This document shows, in pieces, positions 28,567 to 38,468 of a stretch of 64,000 nucleotides of DNA (its first letter is position 1; each line of letters starts with the position of its first letter). The DNA is from Candidatus Aenigmatarchaeota archaeon. Its GTDB lineage: Archaea; Aenigmatarchaeota; Aenigmatarchaeia; QMZP01; QMZT01. The position numbers were made by a program, and so were the translations under genes. The stretch spans positions 1 to 64,000 of the forward strand of contig JAPLVC010000002.1 of NCBI GenBank assembly GCA_026397315.1, given 5' to 3'. Under the pieces are notes generated by a model. The model worked only from the letters and a program-made list of their open reading frames with translations, had not been told where the DNA came from and did no database searches.

Positions 28567-29907
28567 TTATTTCTTGAGCGACATCTCGAGCTTATCTATC
28601 GCTTCATCTATCTCTGCCTCGTTCACGGTCAGCGGCGGTCGGAAACGAATCGACCGAGGCCATGACGAGAGAACGGCGAGCCCGTTCTTCCAGCAGTGCA
28701 TGCGAAGCATGTCCCTGGATTTTTCATCCGGCATCTCGAAGGCCAGCATGCAGCCGAGGCCGCGGACGTTCGATATGTCGTCGCGCTTCTCGTCCAGTTC
28801 GTTCAGTCGCTGCAGGAAATACTTGCCCATCTTTTCCGCGTTTTTCAGCAGCTTGTCCTCGACCATGATTTCTATGTAGCGCTTGCCGCGCACCATGTCG
28901 ACAAGGTTGCCGCCCCACGTGGAATTGATTCTGCTTGAAACATGGAACACGTTGTCCTTCACCTCATCGACTCTCGCATTCGCCATTATGCCGCAGACCT
29001 GAGTTTTCTTGCCGAAAGCGACAATATCCGGTTCCACTCCGTGGTGTTCGTATGCCCACCACTTGCCTGTCGCTCCCAGGCCGGTCTGCACTTCGTCAAC
29101 GATGAACATGATGTCGTTCTTCCTGCACAGCGCTTCGAGGTCCTGGAAGAATTCGTGGCGGAAATGGTTCTCGCCTCCCTCGCCCTGTATCGGCTCTATT
29201 ATCAGTCCGCATATGTCCTTGCCGTGCCTCTTGAGCGCGGAGTTTATCTGGGCCAGTGCTTTCTCCTCTGTTTTTATCACGTCCGCCAGCACCTCGCGCG
29301 TCACAGGGAAGCTCAGTTTGGGATTGATGATGCGCGGCCACTTGAACTTCGGGAAGTATTTTATCTTGGTCTCGGCTGTATTGGTCAGCGATAGCGTATA
29401 TCCACTTCGCCCATGGAAAGCCTCCTTGAAGTGCATAACCTGCGAACCAAGCTCTTTTTTCGAGCCGGCGGCGAGGTTCTTGCGTATCTTCCAGTCCATC
29501 GCCGTTTTCAGGGCGTTCTCGACCGCGAGCGCTCCGCCCGCTATGAAAAACAGATGCTTCATGTGGCGCGGCTTTGCGTATTTGGTGAAAATCTCCACGA
29601 AGCTGGCGAACGAATCGGTATAAACGTCCGAGTTCGCCGGGTTCTCGATCGCGGCCGCCTGCAGCTCGCGCAGAAAGCGTTTGTCGAACATTTTCGGGTG
29701 GTTGTGGCCTATGGGCAGCGTCGCGAAATACGTGTACATGTCCAGGTACTTCTTCCCGTTCCGCGCGTCGACCATGTAACTGCCCTGCGAGCGCTTGAGG
29801 TCGACGACGACGTGGAAGCCGTCAACAAGAATATGGTTCGCTAGCGCATTCACGACTTTGCCGGGCTTCACGTCCTCTGCGAGAAACCTGCTTTTGAGCA
29901 ATGCCAT
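28567..29907 (-). CDS. lat: L-lysine 6-transaminase (class III aminotransferase)
   Basis: HILVDG, NPANSDVY, GALAVENALK.AMDWK, AFHGRSGYTLSLTNT, DEVQTG, FGKKTQVCG, SRINSTWGG. Confidence 0.9.
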   Translation of the reverse strand: MALLKSRFLAEDVKPGKVVNALANHILVDGFHVVVDLKRSQGSYMVDARNGKKYLDMYTYFATLPIGHNHPKMFDKRFLRELQAAAIENPANSDVYTDSFASFVEIFTKYAKPRHMKHLFFIAGGALAVENALKTAMDWKIRKNLAAGSKKELGSQVMHFKEAFHGRSGYTLSLTNTAETKIKYFPKFKWPRIINPKLSFPVTREVLADVIKTEEKALAQINSALKRHGKDICGLIIEPIQGEGGENHFRHEFFQDLEALCRKNDIMFIVDEVQTGLGATGKWWAYEHHGVEPDIVAFGKKTQVCGIMANARVDEVKDNVFHVSSRINSTWGGNLVDMVRGKRYIEIMVEDKLLKNAEKMGKYFLQRLNELDEKRDDISNVRGLGCMLAFEMPDEKSRDMLRMHCWKNGLAVLSSWPRSIRFRPPLTVNEAEIDEAIDKLEMSLKK

Positions 29908-29966
29908 GATTAATATTTGTCCGACCTAATAAAATTGATTTTCAAAAATCGGAATATCCGCGGGCT

Positions 29967-30227
29967 TTATTGGATGTATTTCTTCATGTTTTTTTCGGCT
30001 GCCATGTCATTGCGCCCAATGAACAGGCATGCCGTAAGGGCGCCTGCCAGAACGGCCGCCAGCATGTTGTACTCATGTGCATGGGGGCTGAATGCCATCA
30101 TATCTATGTAATTATCCATGGCAGTCTCCAAGCCGGGAATTTTATGGCACGCGGCACGAATACCGCTGTCCAACATGTCAATGGTTTTATACAAAGGTGT
30201 TCCAACTTCCAGAACCGGAATGGCCAT
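29967..30227 (-). CDS. Hypothetical small membrane protein
   Basis: ORF fills the intergenic gap; one hydrophobic helix. Confidence 0.45.
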   Translation of the reverse strand: MAIPVLEVGTPLYKTIDMLDSGIRAACHKIPGLETAMDNYIDMMAFSPHAHEYNMLAAVLAGALTACLFIGRNDMAAEKNMKKYIQ

Positions 30228-30309
30228 GAATATTATTTGACAGAAAAATTTTTAAGAAATATGTGCGCCAAGATTACTATTTTATTCAAAGATACCCTAA
30301 AATAATATT

Positions 30310-30852
30310 ATGGGGCTTTTCGGCAAGGACGCCAGGGAGATACTGGTTTCCCAGATGGTGCTCATATCCATAGGCATCGTCACCGGCACCATCCTGGCCA
30401 TATCCACGGACAAGATACTCTTGGTGCCTGGCATGCTGATATTGCTGCCCGGCTTTCTCGAAATGAGGGGCAATATAAGCGGCACCTTCGCTTCAAGGCT
30501 GAGCTCAGGGCTTTTCCTCGGGATAGTAAAGCCGGACAAATACGGGACAAGGATAGTCAAGGGTAACCTTATAGCGTCGTTTTTGCTGGTGCTCGCGGTC
30601 ACACTAATACTCGGCGTGATCGCATTCCTGATAACTCTTTTCATGTTCGGTATTTTTTCGTTAAGGATAATTGCAATACCGCTGGTCGCTGGTCTGATAG
30701 CGAATGCCATTGAAATCCCTCTTACGCTTTTCATGACATTTTATTTTTTCAGGAAGGGCCATGACCCCAACAACATAATAGGGCCGTTCGTCAGCACCAG
30801 CGGCGACATAACAAGCATAGTCTCGATGCTGATAGCCTTGGTGATAATATGA
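30310..30852 (+). CDS. MgtE-type Mg2+ transporter membrane domain
   Basis: P....MRGNI.G..ASRLSS; DPNN..GP.V....D. Confidence 0.85.
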   Translation: MGLFGKDAREILVSQMVLISIGIVTGTILAISTDKILLVPGMLILLPGFLEMRGNISGTFASRLSSGLFLGIVKPDKYGTRIVKGNLIASFLLVLAVTLILGVIAFLITLFMFGIFSLRIIAIPLVAGLIANAIEIPLTLFMTFYFFRKGHDPNNIIGPFVSTSGDITSIVSMLIALVII

Positions 30853-31559
30853 ATTTCGCCAAAAAACATCCGGCGCACAGGCACCTGCGCAGGCTTACCA
30901 AGGTGAAGAGGCAGCACTACCACCCGCTCATACACAAGATTCACAAGGAGCATAACATCTCGAAGAAGACGCTTTTCTACGTCAAGGAGTATGGTCCCCA
31001 TTCCAACGTGCCAAGGACCATCCTCAAGGAAAGCATACGCATCCTCATGTTCGCCTCGCTCATAAGCTCTTTCGGCGGCCTGGCAATCGAGAACATAAAA
31101 TCGCTTTTCATCGCCATAGTCCCCTTGGTCATAATGCTGCCGGTACTCAATGACATGATAGGAGATTACGGCACCATAATATCGTCCAGGTTCTCGACGC
31201 TGCTGCATGAAGGCAGGATCAAGAGGGACTGGTGGAAAAACATGGAGCTGAGAAGGCTTTTCATCCAGGTGGTTTCCATATCTTTACTGACGACCCTTCT
31301 AAGCTCTGCGCTTTCGCTTTCCATAGCGGCAATAACCGGCTACGCCGTCAACCCGGGCATTATTTTCAAGATCGTGGCGGTTGCCACGCTGGATGTCCTC
31401 CTGCTGGTATGCGTGCTTTTTATCGTAGCGGTCCTGGCAGGCATACATTTTTTCAGGAAAGGCGAGGACCCGAACAACTTCCTCATCCCGATAACCACAT
31501 CTATCGCCGATTTCGGCAACATGATAGTGCTGTCGCTGCTCGTGCTGTTGCTGTTCTAG
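30849..31559 (+). CDS. MgtE-type transporter membrane domain with His/Arg-rich N-terminus
   Basis: P.LNDM.GD.G.I.SSR.ST.LH.G; DPNNFLIPITTSIAD; ATGA overlap with the previous gene. Confidence 0.82.
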   Translation: MNFAKKHPAHRHLRRLTKVKRQHYHPLIHKIHKEHNISKKTLFYVKEYGPHSNVPRTILKESIRILMFASLISSFGGLAIENIKSLFIAIVPLVIMLPVLNDMIGDYGTIISSRFSTLLHEGRIKRDWWKNMELRRLFIQVVSISLLTTLLSSALSLSIAAITGYAVNPGIIFKIVAVATLDVLLLVCVLFIVAVLAGIHFFRKGEDPNNFLIPITTSIADFGNMIVLSLLVLLLF

Positions 31560-31570
31560 AATAAACGGCT

Positions 31571-32140
31571 TCACTTGGGTTTCATTGAGTATATCGGGAA
31601 ATAATCCGCGAAAACGCCTGTCTTCGCGAACTTCTTTTCGACTATGTTGAAATACTTTGTCAGGCGGCTCTCGAAAAGCTTTGCGGTCTTGCTGAATACG
31701 AGCGAGCGCATGACCACGGAGCCGTCATCCCTTAGAATCTCCTTCATCCGCTCGTAGAACTTTTCCGTGTTGAAAGGAGCGACGTTCGAAAGTATGTGAT
31801 CGCTGAAAATCATGTCGAAGCTCGCCTTTTTCAGGGGCAGTCTGATGATGTCGCCCTCCAGCCACTCCTCGGCCTTGTTCTTTTTCTTCATGAGCTTGCT
31901 CGTCCTTTCTATGACCTCGAGGTCGTTCGCGATGACGGTCGCCCGTATGTTCATCCTGGCGGCGAGCTCGCGCAGTTCGGGGCTGCAGCCCAGTATGAGG
32001 ATCCTGGCGTCGCTCTTCTGCCTGACCAGTTCCTTAAGGCAGTTCTCAAAAACAGACATCTCGCTATCGCATGGTTTTGTCATGGCCGTGTGGTGGTGTC
32101 CGTCGCTTTCGGACGTACCTTTAGTCAGTGGCAGTTTCAT
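31571..32140 (-). CDS. Class I SAM-dependent methyltransferase
   Basis: ILILGCSPE, GD...LPL...SFDMIFSD. Confidence 0.75.
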   Translation of the reverse strand: MKLPLTKGTSESDGHHHTAMTKPCDSEMSVFENCLKELVRQKSDARILILGCSPELRELAARMNIRATVIANDLEVIERTSKLMKKKNKAEEWLEGDIIRLPLKKASFDMIFSDHILSNVAPFNTEKFYERMKEILRDDGSVVMRSLVFSKTAKLFESRLTKYFNIVEKKFAKTGVFADYFPIYSMKPK

Positions 32141-32187
32141 GCTATTTATTTGGACGCTCGTTTTATATTCGTTTTATGGGCGTTTTC

Positions 32188-32862
32188 ATGGATGAACGTG
32201 AGGTAAATAAGGGCAGCATAATATTCGTGCCTACTTCGCATATCGCGGGGGAAAGCGTAAACCACGTGAAGGAAGCGATAGCGAAGGAAAGGCCGGATTG
32301 CGTTGCCGTCGAGTTGGACGCGGGCAGATATCACGCGCTTAGCGTGCAGCATACGAAAAATACCCTCGAAACCGTCCGGCTGCTTGGGGTATCGACGTTC
32401 GCTCTCTTCTGGATAATGAAGAAGCTGCAGGACTATCTGGGCAGCAGGACGGGCATACTGCCAGGCTCGGACATGCTCGCGGGAGTTGAAACGGCCAAAG
32501 CGAATGGCATCACAGTCGCTCTTATAGACCAGCCCATAGGCGCCACTTTCTACAAAATAAAAAAACTGCCGGTTGCGGAGAAGATGAAGCTGCTGAAATT
32601 GCTGTTTCTGGCCGTCATAGGCATAGCCGCACCACTGGGTAAGAAGGAGAAAATAGACCTTGACAGGCTGCCTCCGGGAAAACTGATAAAAGAGGCCATG
32701 ACGTTCCTCGAGAACGAGCTCCCGGGCTTCTACCGCATACTGGTCAGCGAGCGCAACGCCGTGATGGCGGCCAACCTGCAGGAGCTGGCTTGCAGGTTCC
32801 CGAAAACGGTCTGCGTGATAGGTGCAGCGCACGAAAGCGGCATAAAAAGTCTGCTGCGCTAG
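32188..32862 (+). CDS. TraB/PrgY/GumN family protein
   Basis: TSHI...S, PDCVAVELD..R, PGSDM, LIDQPI, L..ERN..MA, VIGAAH..GI. Confidence 0.88.
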   Translation: MDEREVNKGSIIFVPTSHIAGESVNHVKEAIAKERPDCVAVELDAGRYHALSVQHTKNTLETVRLLGVSTFALFWIMKKLQDYLGSRTGILPGSDMLAGVETAKANGITVALIDQPIGATFYKIKKLPVAEKMKLLKLLFLAVIGIAAPLGKKEKIDLDRLPPGKLIKEAMTFLENELPGFYRILVSERNAVMAANLQELACRFPKTVCVIGAAHESGIKSLLR

Positions 32863-32866
32863 CGCT

Positions 32867-33190
32867 TTAACTGGCCCTGTTTTTCATGGCCATAAAGTAA
32901 TCGACCGTCATTTCCTGCGGCGACTTCTCCTTGTAATATGTGGGATTCATGACCACCACGTTGTCGTGGAACTGCCTTGAGGTTGCGTGGGTCGTGTCTA
33001 TTATGTCCCACCTGTGGGCCCTTTTGACGGAGGGGATGTGCTCGTATTCTTCTCCCTGGTTCAGGACCTTATAGCTGTTGTATTTAGGCTTGAGAAGGGC
33101 GAATTCTATCGTCATGAATACCCTGCCGGCTATGAAGCCTATGCCAAGATAGCACAGATACACGATAGTTGTGATGTCGACTAGCGCCAT
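32867..33190 (-). CDS. Hypothetical single-TM protein
   Basis: ORF with N-terminal hydrophobic helix. Confidence 0.55.
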   Translation of the reverse strand: MALVDITTIVYLCYLGIGFIAGRVFMTIEFALLKPKYNSYKVLNQGEEYEHIPSVKRAHRWDIIDTTHATSRQFHDNVVVMNPTYYKEKSPQEMTVDYFMAMKNRAS

Positions 33191-33334
33191 TATATTACCA
33201 TTTAGTTATGATAAGAAAATGCAATATAATGCTATGTTAGTTGATTTTTCTATACCAAGTATTAACATTTATTTTAGGAAATATACTTAATACGAACAAT
33301 AAATGTTTATATATACTACTATGTATTTTAATGC

Positions 33335-34171
33335 ATGGACGTCAGAAATATCCAGAAATCAGGCAACGCCTACTACGTATATCTGCCCACAAGCTGGTGC
33401 AAGCAGAACAGCGTATCCCCGAAGTCCAAGATATCTTTCGACATGTCTTCCAAAGGCAGTCTTGTCGTCTCTCCTTACATATCCGAGAGGCAGGAAAAGA
33501 CGCTAAACCTGAAGATACCAGAAAACGACATGTTCATAATCAATATGTTCATAGCGGGCGCATACATCAATCCGGTCAAGTCGTTCACGATCCAGCTGGA
33601 CAAGGAAGTCAAGTCGCTCGACATAGTGGACCACAAGAAGATATTAAGCGGCGTGGAACTGGTCGAGTTCGACAACAAGAAAATTTCTTGCGAATCGGTC
33701 GTTTCAATCGAGGATCCGGATCTCGTCATAGGCATAATGACCCGCAAGCTCATAGCCATGATAAACTCCATCATAAGCAACGAGAGCAAGGAACTGATTG
33801 AAAAATACGAGGACGAGGTCGACAGGAGCAAGATCCTGGTCTACAAGTCCGTCGTCAGCTCCATGATGTTCAAGCGCGTCTGCAAGCTCCGCCACATAGA
33901 GCTGCTCTACATCATGAACATAGCGCGCGACTTGGAAGCGATAGGCGATCATCTCATGGAAACCACAGACAAAAACAAGGTGATGTTGAAAGAGCTTCTA
34001 CTGGGCATAAAAATCCTAGGTGAGACGATAAAGAACATCAATCAGCAGAACGTCCTCAACTTCCTGCGCGAGGTGAAGAGCTTCAGCGGCAAACACAACA
34101 CAAAATACAGCAGCCACATGAAGAGCATCGGCGAGTCCCTGGTCGACTGGCTCATCACCAACATGATTTAA
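33335..34171 (+). CDS. AbrB-domain / PhoU-family phosphate uptake regulator
   Basis: RNIQKSG..Y.VYLP..W (AbrB-like); GVELVE; EDEVDR; RDLE.IGDH. Confidence 0.85.
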   Translation: MDVRNIQKSGNAYYVYLPTSWCKQNSVSPKSKISFDMSSKGSLVVSPYISERQEKTLNLKIPENDMFIINMFIAGAYINPVKSFTIQLDKEVKSLDIVDHKKILSGVELVEFDNKKISCESVVSIEDPDLVIGIMTRKLIAMINSIISNESKELIEKYEDEVDRSKILVYKSVVSSMMFKRVCKLRHIELLYIMNIARDLEAIGDHLMETTDKNKVMLKELLLGIKILGETIKNINQQNVLNFLREVKSFSGKHNTKYSSHMKSIGESLVDWLITNMI

Positions 34172-34237
34172 TATTTTCTGATTTTAACAGCATTTAGGAC
34201 AGCATCAGTTTAAAAAATTTACCATGAAAATTATAAA

Positions 34238-34531
34238 ATGGCAACAGACAGAAAACTTTTTGAAGCCGTTGCGCATTCTGTTAAGAAGCATTACGGCTCG
34301 AACAGAACTATGGCAAGGGATGTGTACGAAGAAATAGGCGGCTATCCGACTAACGGTTCAATTGATTTGTTCTTATCCGTAATTGACCGCGAAGGGCAGG
34401 TTTTCGGCGACGCGGACGCTTTAATCGTGCATAAAACCAGGAGTCTAGGCGATGGCCTGGCGGCCGCAACCAGAGGGCTTGTTAATGGCTACAAAGAGTT
34501 CCTGACGGAAAAAAATAAAACCACACAGTAA
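34238..34531 (+). CDS. Hypothetical protein
   Basis: 97 aa ORF preceded by TTTAAAAA, followed by T-rich terminator. Confidence 0.5.
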   Translation: MATDRKLFEAVAHSVKKHYGSNRTMARDVYEEIGGYPTNGSIDLFLSVIDREGQVFGDADALIVHKTRSLGDGLAAATRGLVNGYKEFLTEKNKTTQ

Positions 34532-34558
34532 ATTTTTATTGATTTTATTATTTTTATT

Positions 34559-35746
34559 TCAAGGCTTGAACCACTCTATCTCGTAGTATTCATATTTTGA
34601 GCCGGGCAGGACTATCTTCTTCAGCTCGTAATAGGTTATGCTCGTCTCCCTGTCCGTGATCGAGAGTAACAGGTTCAGGCCCATGTCCTTGGCCATGTTG
34701 AGCAGCGAAGCGAGCTCTACGCCCCCGATGTGCTCGTCCTCCGATACCGCAATCAGCATATAGCGTGGCTTGTCCTTCGGCGTCTCGCGCACCCACGCCC
34801 CGTTGCCCATCTTCCTGCGGTAGGCGACGAAATCGACCGGCAGCTCCTTGTAGTCGCTTTTCTTCAGCTCCGGCACGCCGAGTATGAACGTCTTCTTCAC
34901 TCCATGCGCGACGCGCACCGCGCGCGACCATTCTGAAATGAGCAGCTTCTCCTCTTTCGGGAAGACGTGCAGCACGTGCTTCGAGTGTATCCACTCTTCG
35001 CCTTTTACTGGCGACGCGCCCGGGAAATAAATCCTGAAGTGAGAGCCGAACTTGAAGCCGGACTTGACCACGTATCCTTTCATCCTCCAGTCCTCATAGA
35101 CGTCGTAAAGCTGCTTGGCGTATTCGCGTTTTTTGGCGACCTCTTTAATCAGCTTCAACGGCGTGACCTTCCTGCCGTTCGCGACGTTCACTACGTCGAC
35201 TCCCAGGTGCTTGGCTAAGAATATGGTTTCGAAGAAGTCGAGCTTCGACTGTCTGCCGCGCTCCTGCTTGTAGACGCCGTATTGGCCGAGCCAGTATTTG
35301 TTGAATATCTCCAAGCCCGCTTCCTCATTGTCCAGCACCGAGAAAAGCGAGTCGGGATACCAGTACGCCTTAGCGCTTATCGCGGCGGGTTCGAATTTCT
35401 GGTCAGGGTATTTTTTGAAAGTCTTTTTTGAATGTTTGCCATGGATGCTCGGCCTGTATCTCCTCACGACGAGACCGCGGTCCCTCCAGTCGCGGTAGGC
35501 GTTGTAGCGGATGAACAGGCGCGGCTCGTCCCTGACGAAGTGTTTCGCCAGCGAGTTGAAGTCCATTTCCTTCCCTTCCGCGTCGCGCATGATGGCGTTC
35601 CTGAAAAGCATGAGATACATCGCTTCTTCCGGCATCAGGACTATGGTTTCCCCGTCCCTGTCGCCGAAGAAGTCGCTGGCCAGTTTTCCGACTGTCTCAG
35701 GTTCCGTGGCTGCAATCTTCCCGGTGTCGAATCTTAGCTCTAACAT
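34559..35746 (-). CDS. endA: tRNA-intron endonuclease, three-unit epsilon2-type
   Basis: Duplicated N-subdomain (EEAMYL...YRDWRDRG; FETIFL...YEDWRMKG), KSGFKFGSHFRIY, catalytic Y/H/K, WLGQYGVYK loop, additional betaC unit ending IEWFKP. Confidence 0.92.
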   Translation of the reverse strand: MLELRFDTGKIAATEPETVGKLASDFFGDRDGETIVLMPEEAMYLMLFRNAIMRDAEGKEMDFNSLAKHFVRDEPRLFIRYNAYRDWRDRGLVVRRYRPSIHGKHSKKTFKKYPDQKFEPAAISAKAYWYPDSLFSVLDNEEAGLEIFNKYWLGQYGVYKQERGRQSKLDFFETIFLAKHLGVDVVNVANGRKVTPLKLIKEVAKKREYAKQLYDVYEDWRMKGYVVKSGFKFGSHFRIYFPGASPVKGEEWIHSKHVLHVFPKEEKLLISEWSRAVRVAHGVKKTFILGVPELKKSDYKELPVDFVAYRRKMGNGAWVRETPKDKPRYMLIAVSEDEHIGGVELASLLNMAKDMGLNLLLSITDRETSITYYELKKIVLPGSKYEYYEIEWFKP

Positions 35747-35796
35747 AGTAACACATTATGGAATGCTTCCTATTAAATAAGTTGTGCGAGCCGAAA

Positions 35797-36381
35797 TTAA
35801 TAACCGGCCCTCTTGAAAGAGAACCTGCCGGTATAGCCGCCCAACGCGTTACTCAGGCCTGCGCGCTCGCCGTGGAAGTGGTTGAACATCTTGCCTCCGC
35901 ACGGGCGGCTGGCGGTTTCTTCGTAGTTCTGCGTCTTTTTGGTCGTGGTTTTCGCGGCAAGGATGTTTCCGAAATCGTCTTTATCGTTTCCCAGCCTGAT
36001 GCCGTAGAAGTTTCGATAGGCGCTGCATCCAGGACAGCCGCATCCAAGTTTGTGACCCCTGTCAAACGGGCTTACGATCTCCGTTTCTTTGGACGTCTCT
36101 TCCTTTTTTGGCGCCTCCGGCTTGGCGCTGCCATACGCTTCGCTAATGCCTTCCTTTATGATTTTCTCGTAAGCCTTGAGCTTTTCGTGATACCGTTTCA
36201 GCTCTTCCTTGAGGTCGCCGTAGCTCTCGGCATATTCCTCGTCTTCATCATCCTCTTTGTTGTCTTTGCTTTTCTCTGTCGTTTCGTCCAGCAGTTCCTT
36301 TATTTTAACCAGCTCTTCGATAAAGGAAATGCTAAGCAAGTCAAGCTCTTTCGCGCTTTCAGCCAAGTTTTTGTCAACCAT
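35797..36381 (-). CDS. Hypothetical protein (acidic N-terminus, HxxxCxCxxC)
   Basis: ORF co-oriented with neighbours; GHKLGCGCPGC. Confidence 0.55.
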   Translation of the reverse strand: MVDKNLAESAKELDLLSISFIEELVKIKELLDETTEKSKDNKEDDEDEEYAESYGDLKEELKRYHEKLKAYEKIIKEGISEAYGSAKPEAPKKEETSKETEIVSPFDRGHKLGCGCPGCSAYRNFYGIRLGNDKDDFGNILAAKTTTKKTQNYEETASRPCGGKMFNHFHGERAGLSNALGGYTGRFSFKRAGY

Positions 36382-36385
36382 GCAA

Positions 36386-36667
36386 TCACTGCGGGAAGAT
36401 GCTCACGACATAAACGTATTCGACGGGCGCGTCAGAAAGGTTTTTGACGTTGTGGCTGACGCCTTCCTTTATGTAATGCGCCTCTCCTTCAACGACTCTG
36501 TGATATTTGCCGTTTTTTACCACGGCCGCCTCGCCCCTGAGAACTATTATTACTTCTTCCCTGGCGGTTGTCACGTGCTCGCCCACTTCCTCGCCAGGCA
36601 TGAGCACGACCTTGCCGCTTTTCAAGGCCCTGCTTTCGGGAGGGCGGACTATTTGAGTGTTTTTCAT
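36386..36667 (-). CDS. Cupin domain protein
   Basis: PGEEVGEH.T..REE....L.G...HNVKN. Confidence 0.85.
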   Translation of the reverse strand: MKNTQIVRPPESRALKSGKVVLMPGEEVGEHVTTAREEVIIVLRGEAAVVKNGKYHRVVEGEAHYIKEGVSHNVKNLSDAPVEYVYVVSIFPQ

Positions 36668-36747
36668 CGTGATTATTTGATTTTCTTACTAATATTTTTC
36701 GCGGCTGTCGGGCAAGTTTTTATTAGAAAAGGCATGCACTATTAAAT

Positions 36748-37575
36748 ATGGACCTGAAAGAGCTGCTCGAGAAGCGCCTGCCGGAAAGGGAATTGCAGTT
36801 TCTCAAAGGCGCTTTCGACGTCATAGGTGAAGTGGCGATAATCGAGATACCTGAAGAGCTGAGCCACAGGGAGCGCGATATAGTCGACGCCCTCCTCGAC
36901 ATGCACCCCAGACTGAAGACCATATACAGCAAGGGCAGCGAGCGCAAGGGTGTTTACCGCCTGCGCGAACTGAAGCTCATTTACGGCGAGGAAAAAGAGA
37001 CTGAACACAAGGAGCACGGATACCGCATACGCCTGGACGTCAGCAAGGTCTTCTTCTCGCCGCGCGAGGCGAACGAGCGCCAGCGCATAGCCAGGCTGGT
37101 CAGACCTAGGGAGAATGTGATGGTCATGTTCGCCGGCGCGGGGCCGTATTCCATCGCCATCGCTAAGCACCAGCCGAAAGTCGGCAAGGTTTTTTCGGTC
37201 GAGATAAACCCCGACGCCTACAAATACATGATCGAGAACGTGCGCATAAACAAGGCGGGAGACAAGGTGGTGCCGGTCCTGGGCGACGTGGATGATGTCT
37301 GCACCCCATACTTCGGCAAGTGCGATCGCGTCGTCATGCCGCTGCCGAAAGGCGCTTACGAATACATCAAGCTGGCTGCCAAATGCCTCAAGAAAGGCGG
37401 AGGTGTTATCCATTATTATTTCCTGTCATCACCTGACGCGCTGGACGAAATAAAGGAGATAGTGAGCGTCGATATTCAATCGGTTGGCAGGAAAGTCAAG
37501 GCCGTTAAAACAGCGAAAGTCTCCGAATACGCCCCGAAGACGCTAAAGTTCTGCATGGACATAAGAGTAAAGTAG
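36748..37575 (+). CDS. trm5: Trm5/Taw22-family tRNA methyltransferase lacking D1 domain
   Basis: FDVIGEVAI, HKEHG, D.SKVFFSPR...ER.RI, MFAG.GPY, EINP.A, MPLPK. Confidence 0.85.
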   Translation: MDLKELLEKRLPERELQFLKGAFDVIGEVAIIEIPEELSHRERDIVDALLDMHPRLKTIYSKGSERKGVYRLRELKLIYGEEKETEHKEHGYRIRLDVSKVFFSPREANERQRIARLVRPRENVMVMFAGAGPYSIAIAKHQPKVGKVFSVEINPDAYKYMIENVRINKAGDKVVPVLGDVDDVCTPYFGKCDRVVMPLPKGAYEYIKLAAKCLKKGGGVIHYYFLSSPDALDEIKEIVSVDIQSVGRKVKAVKTAKVSEYAPKTLKFCMDIRVK

Positions 37576-37632
37576 CGCGCAGGATGGACGATTGGGTCAA
37601 AGCTGACTCTGGACGTTCGCAAATGGAAAGAA

Positions 37633-37950
37633 TCAGACGTCGTCAAGGAACCTGAGCTTGTCTCTTATCTTTTCATCGTTGGGTTTCGGGACTTCAGGCC
37701 CGGCGGCGAACTCGCTTCTCGGCATGCCTGGAGCGGGCTTCCATTCCTTGGACTTCGTCTCTCTGGCAGCGACTCTGGGCTTTGCCGCGGCTTCGACGTC
37801 GTCTATGTTCACTCGTGTGAACTTCTCGCTGCACGCCTTGCAGATGTAGGTGATTTTCATTATCACCTTTGGCGGCGACGCGTTTTCGAGGACGTTCACC
37901 ACTTCCTCTTCCGACACGTAAGCTCCGCCGTCGCACTTGGGACAGTTCAT
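37633..37950 (-). CDS. Zn-ribbon protein
   Basis: CPKC ... CKAC.EKF. Confidence 0.65.
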   Translation of the reverse strand: MNCPKCDGGAYVSEEEVVNVLENASPPKVIMKITYICKACSEKFTRVNIDDVEAAAKPRVAARETKSKEWKPAPGMPRSEFAAGPEVPKPNDEKIRDKLRFLDDV

Positions 37951-38010
37951 AAGAAATAATTGGCGTGCTGTGTATAAATTTATTCATATAGCGGCGATGG
38001 CAATGACCGT

Positions 38011-38463
38011 ATGACTTATAATGCTTTTTTTCAACCATTAAGCATGGCCATATTGCATGCGATGAAAAGAAATCGCAGCGTTGTCGGTGCTGGGGACGCT
38101 TACACCGCCGGGTCAAAAGTAAGATTCCTGGTATTTTATAACAATTCATCCGATGAAATGTCACAAATATACAGGGATGCCAGGGAAAATTTTTCGGATA
38201 TGCCGGACATGCGCTTTTTGCATTCAGAATTGTCTGATGTTTTGGGTATTGACAGGGAAGAAAAATTCCAGCCTGATTATCGTTCGGCTCAGACACTTTC
38301 AGTTTTTCAGGATAAAGGCGTGCCTGTATTGGAACGTTTTATACAAAAATACAGGAGCGTTCTTATTGAAAAAGGAATCCGCCACGACGAGATAAGATAT
38401 GAGTTTACAAAAAAAACTCTCGAGGCATTTGATGCTGCAATAAACAGACAAACGAATGAATAG
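38011..38463 (+). CDS. Hypothetical protein (AT-richer)
   Basis: ORF fills the gap between convergent genes; start uncertain. Confidence 0.45.
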   Translation: MTYNAFFQPLSMAILHAMKRNRSVVGAGDAYTAGSKVRFLVFYNNSSDEMSQIYRDARENFSDMPDMRFLHSELSDVLGIDREEKFQPDYRSAQTLSVFQDKGVPVLERFIQKYRSVLIEKGIRHDEIRYEFTKKTLEAFDAAINRQTNE

Positions 38464-38468
38464 AACTA

